This document shows, piece by piece, positions 55,689-64,000 of a stretch of 64,000 bases of DNA; position 1 is the first letter of the stretch; every line of letters starts with the position of its first letter. The notes under the pieces are model-generated. The model was not told the origin of the DNA and did no database searches. It saw nothing but the letters and a program-made list of their open reading frames with translations. The DNA comes from an uncultured Thermoplasmatales archaeon (GTDB lineage: Archaea > Thermoplasmatota > E2 > DHVEG-1): positions 1,736-65,735 of the forward strand of contig CAZGOD010000002.1 of NCBI GenBank assembly GCA_964527715.1, in the 5' to 3' direction. Made by a program: the position numbers and the translations under genes.

Positions 55689-56756
55689 TTAACTTAAAAT
55701 TTTACTCAGTAACTTTTTCTTATTAGCAAATTTTATCTCTTGAGCAATTCTTCTTCCCGTCGACAGACCTGCTTGGATAAGTTCTGAATAAGGAGATCCT
55801 GAAATATATGGGTTTGTACCCGCAACAATACGAGCTGAGACCTCAAAAACTTTAAACTCCAAATCCTCAGTGACAACAGTCTCTAAACAAAAAGAACCAA
55901 CGATGCCGCCAAACAGCTCAAGTGATTTCTCAACAACTGCCTCACCCATCTTAAAAACCTTAGGCAACAATGACTCACGCATGACAATAGGAATATTACC
56001 AGTTACAACAAAAGTAGGATGAATGCCAAGCTCCTCCAGCTCAGCTATGCTACCCAGACGCTGAACCTCATCAATAGTAGTCTCATCACGACGATCCATA
56101 GACAAAAGCTGAAGACTTCCTTTATCAAGTTTATATGCATTATCTTGGATGGGGGAATAAAAATAATGCAAATAATAACGAGTACCCAACACAAACTCCT
56201 GAATAATAAATGATTCATTCTTATTCACACGTCTAACAAACTCATCATAAGTCTTAGCGACAAAAAAACCTTTACCGCCTTTAGCACCATGATACTTTAC
56301 AATAACTGGTCTATCAATTTTTTTAGGATCCTTGATCTCCCTAGGCATGGTAAGACCAGCGCTTTCCAGCCATTTTCTCTCTTTGTTACGATTGGATTCC
56401 CATAGAAGAACTTCTCTATTACCAAAAGTTGGTAAATCAAGTTTCAAAAAATTCTTAGCACCAAGGTACTCAACAAAAGAGCCATGAGGAATCACAATAA
56501 CATTTTCCTCTCTCAATTCATCTGTATGTTTCAAAATATCTTTATAATCATCCACAATAAAGAATTCATTGGGTTTACCCCGCGGGAAAGCATCATAAAA
56601 CTTCTTTTTCGATCCAACAGAAATACCCAGTGTTTTGAAACCTTCTTTACGTGCACCATCAAAAATCTGGAGGCTAGAATGAGAACAAACAGTGCATACA
56701 GTAAGATTATTTTTATCATAAGAGGCAAGCATGCCATCTATCTTAGTATCATTCAT
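55689..56756 (-). CDS. purP: Formate-phosphoribosylaminoimidazolecarboxamide ligase (ATP-grasp)
   Basis: CSHSSLQIFDGARKEGF, PHGSFVEY, GAKGGKG, GN.P...RESLL, FEVSARIVAGTN; start taken at ATG 56756. Confidence 0.92.
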   Translation of the reverse strand: MNDTKIDGMLASYDKNNLTVCTVCSHSSLQIFDGARKEGFKTLGISVGSKKKFYDAFPRGKPNEFFIVDDYKDILKHTDELREENVIVIPHGSFVEYLGAKNFLKLDLPTFGNREVLLWESNRNKERKWLESAGLTMPREIKDPKKIDRPVIVKYHGAKGGKGFFVAKTYDEFVRRVNKNESFIIQEFVLGTRYYLHYFYSPIQDNAYKLDKGSLQLLSMDRRDETTIDEVQRLGSIAELEELGIHPTFVVTGNIPIVMRESLLPKVFKMGEAVVEKSLELFGGIVGSFCLETVVTEDLEFKVFEVSARIVAGTNPYISGSPYSELIQAGLSTGRRIAQEIKFANKKKLLSKILS

Positions 56757-57121
56757 ATTAATGACACCCTTGCAGTCCTCTAATAGAACAGTGTCTTTTA
56801 TTAGTTTCGATGAACAAAAAAAACATAGGATAACATATGCTAAATGCAAATGATAACACTTGTACAACAACGCTTTAAAAGCAAGAAATCAAACTACAAA
56901 TTAGATCACCATGATGATTGTAGGACAAGTATCAAGCAAAGAGGAAGCAAAAGAGATAACTTTCATCGCTAAATTATTCGTAGTTGGACAACGAGCAAGA
57001 GATCTTGCCCGTCAAAAAGAAAAACACAACTAAGCCCACCTAACACTTACATTTCCTTCTTTTATTTCAAAAAAGTTTATTTAGTCGCTGTATGTTCAAA
57101 AAATAGAAACGGTGACTAAAC

Positions 57122-58534
57122 TTGGTAAAACTCACATTTTATGGGGGAGTCGAAGAGATAGGTGGAAACAAAATCCTCCTTGACGACCAAGGTACAAAAA
57201 TATTCTTAGATTTTGGCATGAGTTTTAAAAGAAGAGGACTGTATTTTGAAGAATTTTTGATGCCACGATCAGCAAATGGCATCGGAGATTTCCTTGAACT
57301 AAATTTAGTCCCCGATATAAAAGGAGTCTACCGGGATGATTTATTAGAACACTTTGGAAGGAAATCAGAGAACCCTGAAATCGATGCTGTAGTGTTATCT
57401 CATGCACATGCAGATCATGCAAACTATATCTCGTTTCTCCATAAAGACATACCAATTTATTGTGGTGAAACATGCAAATACATATTAGAAGCAGTTAAAG
57501 AACAGAGTCAGCGAACTATTGAAAACGAAGTTATTGACTATAAACAAAGACCAGTTTTCAAATGTGATTATCGCAAACCACCAATAAAACGAAAGTTTCA
57601 CACATTCCGAACTGGGAACAAATTTCACATCGACTCAATAGAAATTGAACCAATTCATGTAGACCATAGTGTCCCTGGGGCCTATGGGTTTATAATACAC
57701 ACCTCGGAAGGAGTTATTGCATACACGGGGGATCTTCGTATGCATGGTCTCCATGCAGAAATGACCAGTGATTTCATAAACACTGCAAAAGAAGCTAAAC
57801 CAATCGCTATGATAACTGAGGGGACAAGAATCGATACCGGGCAAACAAATGAATCTGAAGAAAAAGTCCATTCACATGCGAAAAAAGAAATTAGCTCATG
57901 TAAAGACCTAGCAATCGTTGATTTTAATTTTAAAGATGTTGATAGATTTACAACGTTTTATAAAATCGCGAAGGAACTTGGAAAAAAACTTGTGATAAGT
58001 TTTAAACACGCCTGTTTTCTTGAACGATACCATAAGGACAAGATACTTAGAACACCTGATAGCACTGATGATCATATTTTGTTATTAAAACCAAAGAGAC
58101 TCACAGGGACATATATAGATGATGACTACTCAGATTATTACATAAAAAAACGATTAAACTATCCTAACATTATTACTGCCGACGATATTAGAAAAAAACC
58201 TTCAGATTATGTAGTGGTTTTAAACTTTTGGTATCTTAACATGCTTGTTGATTTAAAACCAGAAAATGGTGTGTACATCCATTCCTTATCCGAGCCGTTT
58301 AATGAAGAGATGGAAATATCATATGAAAGGATGATGAACTGGTTGAATCAATTCAACCTAAAATTTGTTCAATCACATTGCTCTGGTCATATCTGTGGTA
58401 GTGATCTCAAAAATCTTGTTACAGATATCAAACCAAGATTATTGTATCCTATTCATACTGAACATCCTGACATGTTCAAGAAACTTGATATAAATACCAG
58501 GGTTGTCGGAGAAGGAAAAGTGTATAAACTTTGA
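57122..58534 (+). CDS. MBL-fold metallo-hydrolase, RNase J/beta-CASP-like
   Basis: GGVEEIGGN, LDFG, SHAHADH, DHS, YTGD.R.HG, HCSGH, PIHTEH. Confidence 0.85.
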   Translation: MVKLTFYGGVEEIGGNKILLDDQGTKIFLDFGMSFKRRGLYFEEFLMPRSANGIGDFLELNLVPDIKGVYRDDLLEHFGRKSENPEIDAVVLSHAHADHANYISFLHKDIPIYCGETCKYILEAVKEQSQRTIENEVIDYKQRPVFKCDYRKPPIKRKFHTFRTGNKFHIDSIEIEPIHVDHSVPGAYGFIIHTSEGVIAYTGDLRMHGLHAEMTSDFINTAKEAKPIAMITEGTRIDTGQTNESEEKVHSHAKKEISSCKDLAIVDFNFKDVDRFTTFYKIAKELGKKLVISFKHACFLERYHKDKILRTPDSTDDHILLLKPKRLTGTYIDDDYSDYYIKKRLNYPNIITADDIRKKPSDYVVVLNFWYLNMLVDLKPENGVYIHSLSEPFNEEMEISYERMMNWLNQFNLKFVQSHCSGHICGSDLKNLVTDIKPRLLYPIHTEHPDMFKKLDINTRVVGEGKVYKL

Positions 58535-58580
58535 ATGTATAGGAGATTCAGTCTTAGTTTTATCTGGGGGAATAAAGGAA

Positions 58581-59666
58581 ATGCCAGATCTTTACAAATA
58601 TGATGATAAAAAAAAGGATGAACAAACTATGATTGAGACAGACACTGGTAAAAGAAAGAAAGAACAATACATTGAGAATTTAAGAGAGGGAGATGTAGTT
58701 AACGAACTATTTGCTGTGAAAATAAAAAACCCTCCTAGGCCCTACAAGAAAGGTACATGGTTTAGCCTACTAGCAACAGACAAAACAGGGGAAATAGATG
58801 TTAAATTCTGGGGAGGGGAAAACAAAGATCGCGTTAAAAGACTTTACGACAGTTTCAAAACAGGAGATGTAATCCAAATAAGACTGGGACATGTTGAAAT
58901 TTATGATGATAAACCACAGATATCTATTAGCGAAAGCACAGGTGGGTTAAGACGATGCAGTCCGAATGAATATTACATCAGCGATTTCATACCATCACTA
59001 GAAAAAGAAGAAATAAAAGAATTGTTTGATGTTATTAAAGAGGAGATAAAAAACATAAAAAATGAACAACTGAAGAACCTTCTCAACTTGTTTTTCAGTG
59101 ACGATGATTTTGTAAAAGAGTTTAATAGTTCGCCTTCGGCTATGACACATCATCATAACTATGTAGGGGGAAACCTGCAACATAGTGTTGGAGTTATTAG
59201 ACTCTGTAAAAACATCTGTGAAATGTACCCAGGGATAAACAAGGATCTAGTTGTAACAGGTGCAATACTACATGATATAGGTAAACTTAAGGAATACAAA
59301 ACTACAGCTGCAATAGATAAAACCGATGAGGGTAATTTCATAGGACACATAGTTATAGGCAATAGATGGATTCGGGAAAAAATAGCTGAAATGAAAAAAA
59401 AAGGTAAAGATTTTGACAAAGAATTGGAGACACATCTATCCCATATAATTCTTAGCCATCATGGTAAATATGAGTTTGGTTCACCACGATTACCGAAAAC
59501 TATAGAAGCATGTATAATTCATCAAGCTGATAACATGGATGCACAAGTTAAAAACTTCATTCAAATCATTGAAGAGGGGCGGAGAAGAACAGATGAAGAT
59601 TGGGCTTTTATTTGGGACTCTGATGCAGGTATGAAAAGACCAATGTATCTTGGTGAGAACTATTGA
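58581..59666 (+). CDS. YhaM-like OB-fold/HD-domain nuclease
   Basis: N-terminal OB fold, HH.Y.GG.L.H, LHDIGK, GHI, SHHG..EFGSP, AD.MDA; start uncertain (58581 or 58629). Confidence 0.88.
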   Translation: MPDLYKYDDKKKDEQTMIETDTGKRKKEQYIENLREGDVVNELFAVKIKNPPRPYKKGTWFSLLATDKTGEIDVKFWGGENKDRVKRLYDSFKTGDVIQIRLGHVEIYDDKPQISISESTGGLRRCSPNEYYISDFIPSLEKEEIKELFDVIKEEIKNIKNEQLKNLLNLFFSDDDFVKEFNSSPSAMTHHHNYVGGNLQHSVGVIRLCKNICEMYPGINKDLVVTGAILHDIGKLKEYKTTAAIDKTDEGNFIGHIVIGNRWIREKIAEMKKKGKDFDKELETHLSHIILSHHGKYEFGSPRLPKTIEACIIHQADNMDAQVKNFIQIIEEGRRRTDEDWAFIWDSDAGMKRPMYLGENY

Positions 59667-61639
59667 TTCATGAAACTATCGATATCGCTCAATAAATTTT
59701 TTGACTCTTTTAAATCCCTAATATACTTCTTAAAACGAGGTGCTCGACGGTCGAGAATAACCACGACTCCTCTATCGCTTTCATCGCGTATAAGACGGCC
59801 AATACTTTGAAGTAGTTTACGAGCAGTGGGGGCCTCAACAGTGTATTCCCAACCTTTTCTAAACTTGATATCATAGTAATGCTGCAGGCCACGTTGCCGT
59901 GCTGTGGGCTTAGGATATGGTATACCAACTATTACTGCTAATTCAAGTTGCTCGGCTGGAAAATCCAAGCCTTCACTAACCCGTCCACCCATAACGGAAA
60001 ACATAGCCGCGCGATCATCAACACTTGAGTCTTTGAAATCTGAGACAACATCCATCAACTCCACCTGAGACATACCCTGTTCTTCAACAAAAACACAACG
60101 ATTAATATCACTTTTCAAACCCTGATTTACAAAATTAAACATCATATCAAAACTTGGGAAAAAAACCATGGTATTCCTAGGGAAACTATTGCAAATGTTT
60201 ACAATATGTTGTTTCATCCTTGGAACAATTTTTTCATCACGGGCTATTTCATCATATTTAGTTGTGACATCACGAACAAAAAGTATCCTCCTATTGTCAA
60301 ATGGAAACGGAGAAGGATAAGAAATAAGCTCGGTATCCTCTCCTAGACCTATCGAGTCGCGATATTCCTCTAATGGCTCCAACGTCCCAGACATATGAAT
60401 ACTACTATGAAAATCCTTAATAATACTAGTACCAACAGAGGGGTCCAAACAGAAGGCCTCAACACGCGGATTTTTACCGCCAGCAGAGTCAACAACTAAT
60501 TTCGCATACTGATCCATCTCAAGGCTAATCCATACATCCAAAAACAAACCAAGTTTATGAATATATGAACGCGGAAGTTTACCTTCCTTCTGACGATACT
60601 CCTGAATTTTCTCACCGTAGGCCATCAAATCACTAACAATCTCATGAAGAGTTTTACTAATAATTTTCAAACGTGATAAAACCTCAGAGTCAAACTCATA
60701 CGATGGAATAAAAGCATCATTATTCCTAATAGAGCCCATTCTAATACCATTTTCTAGAATCCCATAAACATAGGTGTCTCTCAACTCCTGAACAATTTCA
60801 ATTAAGGTTTTACAAAAACTTGAAACAGAAAAGCGACCATCAACTAGACTAGGATCACCATATTTTTCTGCCTCTAAAACACAATTATTCAACATAAAAA
60901 AAGAAAGATGAATAGAAAATAAATCACGAATATAATCTGGGAGATTGTGAGCCTCATCAACAACAAGAATCATGTCCTCCTCAGGTACCGAAAGCCAGTC
61001 AAAAAGCATATTACGAATCATCAAATCAAAAACATAAATATATGGGACAACAACAAGAGGAGCCTCACGAATTAGAAATTTATTGAGCTCATATGGACAA
61101 AGTTTCTTTTTCTCACAATACTCAATATATTCCTCAGCAGTTGGAAGTTTATCCCTCGCCCAACTAAGAGCCTTATCAACCTCTTCTTTATTTGAGAGAA
61201 AACTCCGATAATAAATACAACCATCCTCTTTCCCCTTACTGGGATTAGACCTTGCCTTCTTTTTTTCATTCGCGCAAAGACGTGATAACTCCTCAGAATT
61301 ACCTTTGGAAAACTCAGGATCACTCCTAGCTAGGGTACACATATTGTTCCTACCTTGGATGCCGACTCCAAATATTTTTGCTTGTAAATCCTTGTTTTTT
61401 TTCCTAATCGCCCTTAACTCAATTATTACTTGTCTCTGTTGGGCATTCGTACGCGTTGTGTAAATGATTTTTTTATTGTTTTCTATGGCATATTCAAGAG
61501 CTGATGTTAATGTACAGATTGTTTTACCTGAGCCAGTGCCTGACTCGAAAACAATATTTCTTTGGGTTTCCAACATGTTCTTAATAGTTTGCATAATAGC
61601 TGTTTGATTTTTGCGTGGTTTATAGGGAAAAAGATTCAT
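59660..61639 (-). CDS. xpd: XPD/Rad3/DinG-like Fe-S DNA helicase
   Basis: SGTGSGKT, Cys cluster (C..C..C..CPY), DEAHN, SGTL, SEGLDF, Q..GRLIR. Confidence 0.9.
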   Translation of the reverse strand: MNLFPYKPRKNQTAIMQTIKNMLETQRNIVFESGTGSGKTICTLTSALEYAIENNKKIIYTTRTNAQQRQVIIELRAIRKKNKDLQAKIFGVGIQGRNNMCTLARSDPEFSKGNSEELSRLCANEKKKARSNPSKGKEDGCIYYRSFLSNKEEVDKALSWARDKLPTAEEYIEYCEKKKLCPYELNKFLIREAPLVVVPYIYVFDLMIRNMLFDWLSVPEEDMILVVDEAHNLPDYIRDLFSIHLSFFMLNNCVLEAEKYGDPSLVDGRFSVSSFCKTLIEIVQELRDTYVYGILENGIRMGSIRNNDAFIPSYEFDSEVLSRLKIISKTLHEIVSDLMAYGEKIQEYRQKEGKLPRSYIHKLGLFLDVWISLEMDQYAKLVVDSAGGKNPRVEAFCLDPSVGTSIIKDFHSSIHMSGTLEPLEEYRDSIGLGEDTELISYPSPFPFDNRRILFVRDVTTKYDEIARDEKIVPRMKQHIVNICNSFPRNTMVFFPSFDMMFNFVNQGLKSDINRCVFVEEQGMSQVELMDVVSDFKDSSVDDRAAMFSVMGGRVSEGLDFPAEQLELAVIVGIPYPKPTARQRGLQHYYDIKFRKGWEYTVEAPTARKLLQSIGRLIRDESDRGVVVILDRRAPRFKKYIRDLKESKNLLSDIDSFMNQ

Positions 61640-61752
61640 GACTAACAACTGGAATACAAACTTTAGTAAAAAGGGTTGCTGGAGACATCACTTAAAGTAT
61701 TAAACATTGTGCATGAAATTTTATACCATTGACATATTAAATAGAATGAAAT

Positions 61753-62598
61753 ATGAGCCTAACACCCTGGGAAAAAATCAGAACATCTCTTTCAAAAAAC
61801 ATTCCATCAAATCTCATCAATATTTTACCAGATAAATGGGAGAAAATTGGAGATGTAGCAATAATAAAACTACCCTCTGAACTTAAAAACCATTGGGAAC
61901 AAATCGGCAAAGAATATGCAAAGGTTTTAAACTGTAGAACCGTCCTCAACGACATCGGTGGAATAGAAGGAATCTACAGGAAGCCAAAAGTCGAACATAT
62001 TTATGGCTCAAAAGATACTGAAACAATTCATAAAGAAAATGGGATTCGATACAAGTTAGACCCGCAGAAAATCATGTTCTCCTCAGGTAACATGGATGAG
62101 CGAATACGTATGGCAACAATCTCAAATGAAGATGAGATAGTTGTCGATCTTTTTGCTGGTGTTGGATATTTTACTTTGCCTATGGCGGTTCATAGTAAGC
62201 CTAAGAAGATCTTTGCTTGTGAGCTTAATCCTGTTGCATATAATTACTTATGCGAAAATATTGTGTTAAATAATGTCTCAAATATTGTGAAACCTTTAAA
62301 AGGAGACAGCAGGAAAGTTGCTCCAGAAAATGTTGCAGATAGAGTTATTTTAGGATTTTTTGGGGAGATAAACAAGTTTTTACCTGCTGCACTTAAATGT
62401 TTGAAAGATTACAAAGGGGTTATCCACTACCATGATAAATTTCCGGATAAAATTATACCTGATAAACCATTAAAAATAGTAGAATCTACAGTTGAAAAAT
62501 ATGATAGACGATTAGAGCTACTAGGTTGTAAAAATGTTAAATCTTATGCCCCGGGTATTAGTCATTTTGTTTTTGATATACGAATAGGTGAAAAATGA
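61753..62598 (+). CDS. taw2: Trm5/TYW2-family SAM-dependent tRNA enzyme, most like Taw2 aminocarboxypropyltransferase
   Basis: ENGIRY.LD, MFSSGN..ER.RM, VDLFAGVGYFTL, CELNP, ADRVILG. Confidence 0.8.
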   Translation: MSLTPWEKIRTSLSKNIPSNLINILPDKWEKIGDVAIIKLPSELKNHWEQIGKEYAKVLNCRTVLNDIGGIEGIYRKPKVEHIYGSKDTETIHKENGIRYKLDPQKIMFSSGNMDERIRMATISNEDEIVVDLFAGVGYFTLPMAVHSKPKKIFACELNPVAYNYLCENIVLNNVSNIVKPLKGDSRKVAPENVADRVILGFFGEINKFLPAALKCLKDYKGVIHYHDKFPDKIIPDKPLKIVESTVEKYDRRLELLGCKNVKSYAPGISHFVFDIRIGEK

Positions 62599-63098
62599 AA
62601 TTATTTGTTTATCATGCAAATGAGGATGATCCTGAGAAGTGTAGTGCGAAAAAACTAGCTAGATTTGGTTTTGTAAAACTTGAAACAAATATCAGAAAGA
62701 CATCGAGAGATGCAATATTACTGAATCCTTTTGCTGAAAAAAGTCTCTCTAGAGAAGATTTATATTGCGCAGAGACAAATGGGATTTTAGCAGTTGATTG
62801 CTCCTGGAAAAACATAGAAAAAAGTTTTAAATATCTAAATAAGAAAAATCATCCAAGAGCCCTTCCTTTCTTAGTCGCTAGTAACCCTGTGAATTATGGT
62901 AAACCTTTCAAGCTTTCAACATTGGAAGCTTTTGCAGCTGCATTATATATACTAGGGGAAGATGAACTCTCCAAGGAAATATTGAAAATTTATAAATGGA
63001 GTCCGCATTTTTTAGAGCTAAACAAACAACCTTTAGAGGAATATAGAAAGGCGGATAACAGCACTGAGATAATCGAAATTATGAAGAATTACATATAA
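62595..63098 (+). CDS. tsr3: 16S rRNA aminocarboxypropyltransferase
   Basis: DDPEKCSAKKL, VDCSW, RALPFLVASNPVNYGKPFKLSTLEA. Confidence 0.93.
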   Translation: MKLFVYHANEDDPEKCSAKKLARFGFVKLETNIRKTSRDAILLNPFAEKSLSREDLYCAETNGILAVDCSWKNIEKSFKYLNKKNHPRALPFLVASNPVNYGKPFKLSTLEAFAAALYILGEDELSKEILKIYKWSPHFLELNKQPLEEYRKADNSTEIIEIMKNYI

Positions 63099-63168
63099 AA
63101 ATTGTATTGCACTAATTTTAAGTAATTAAATACGTTGTCAGAGATACTGTTTAAATTGAGGGTTTTGT

Positions 63169-64000
63169 ATGGGTAAAGATCTTACAACTTTTTTCAAACC
63201 AAAAAGCATAGCAGTTGTAGGGGCTTCAAAAGATTCCAGGAAAATTGGTCATGCTGCTTTGAAAAATATTCTTATATCTGATTATGAATGCGAAATCTAT
63301 CCAATAAATCCAAAGGAAAAAGAGATCCTTGGTCTTAAATGTTACAAAAAACTAACAGATGTACCTAGGAATATTGATCTTGTTTTAATTTCAGTTCCAG
63401 CTCCTATTGTGCCACAGATTTTAATAGACTGTGTAAAAAAGAATGTTAAAAATGTGATTATTATTTCCTCTGGATTCAGTGAAGCAGGAAACCATGAACT
63501 AGAAGAAGAATTGAAAAAAATTATTGCAAAAACAAATATACGCGTGCTTGGTCCCAATGTAATGGGTTACAAAAACGCCTCTGACGGTTTAGATGCATCA
63601 TTTGTCTTTGGTAACCCTAGGAAAGGAAATGTTTCATTGATTAGCCAGAGTGGCGCACTAGGAATCGGTATGATATACTTGGCTAATAACGAGTTTATGG
63701 GTGTTTCAAAAATAATAGGAGTTGGAAACAAAATAGACATCGATGATGATGATCTTATTGATTATTTCACCAAGGACCCAGATACAAAAGTAATAGGATT
63801 ATACATTGAAGGTGTCAAAGACGGGCGAGCTTTTATGAATAGTATAAAAGCCTGTCATAAACCAGTTTTAGTTGTAAAAGCTGGGAGAAGCCTGGCAGGA
63901 ACACGTGCAACAGCATCACATACGGGGAGTATGGCTGGTAGTGATGAAATCTACGATGCTGCAATAAAACAAGCAGGTGGAATAAGATGCAGAGATATTG
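63169..64000 (+). CDS. acdA: Acetate-CoA ligase (ADP-forming) alpha subunit, partial (runs off the window; absent from the ORF track)
   Basis: Manual translation: FKPKSIAVVGAS, YPINP, GPNVMG, SQSGAL, GNKID, YIEG, KAGRS, ASHTG (phospho-His). Confidence 0.92.
   Translation, partial: MGKDLTTFFKPKSIAVVGASKDSRKIGHAALKNILISDYECEIYPINPKEKEILGLKCYKKLTDVPRNIDLVLISVPAPIVPQILIDCVKKNVKNVIIISSGFSEAGNHELEEELKKIIAKTNIRVLGPNVMGYKNASDGLDASFVFGNPRKGNVSLISQSGALGIGMIYLANNEFMGVSKIIGVGNKIDIDDDDLIDYFTKDPDTKVIGLYIEGVKDGRAFMNSIKACHKPVLVVKAGRSLAGTRATASHTGSMAGSDEIYDAAIKQAGGIRCRDI

Noticed and set aside
56911-57033. 40-codon ORF MMIVGQVSSK... in the purP/RNase J gap
   Set aside because: Short, no SD, no recognisable motif; cannot be supported
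3239-63557. Numerous 60-250 aa antisense or alternate-frame ORFs in the track
   Set aside because: They fully overlap well-supported genes and lack motifs or ribosome-binding sites
1-64000. CRISPR arrays, IS elements, integrases, rRNA, defence systems
   Set aside because: No regularly spaced repeats, transposase/integrase motifs or rRNA-like sequence were seen on reading the window

Overview
AT-rich archaeal chromosomal window. DGGGP synthase, FEN1, PurP, XPD, Taw2, Tsr3 and ADP-forming acetyl-CoA synthetase indicate an archaeon; assignment to Thermoplasmatota is inference. About 43 kb (176-43467) is one cell-surface glycan region. It encodes nucleotide-sugar dehydrogenases and epimerases, GT2/GT4 glycosyltransferases, two sulfatase-fold proteins lacking the FGly motif, and a D-glucuronyl C5-epimerase. 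It has three apparently separate ulosonic-acid modules: an HpcH aldolase/KdsB cassette, a DapA/divergent NeuB/kinase/APS-reductase cassette inserted between pseB and pseC, and a pseudaminic acid pathway with a formyltransferase but no pseH. It also has LicD, an MsbA/PglK-like ABC exporter and glmU-glmS-glmU. A tightly linked sulfation operon (RHH regulator, sat, DHH phosphoesterase, cysC, sulfotransferase, SLC13 transporter, USP) is preceded by five 10-bp phased repeats. The remaining ~20 kb is housekeeping (purQ, lipid synthesis, peptidases, tRNA-Gly, fen, argF, purP, nucleases, xpd, taw2, tsr3, partial acdA). No CRISPR array, rRNA or transposase was seen. The leading hypothesis is an archaeal sulfated, uronic-acid-epimerised (glycosaminoglycan-like) and nonulosonate-decorated surface glycan system with a dedicated PAPS operon. 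All functional calls are from motif recognition by eye, not database searches.
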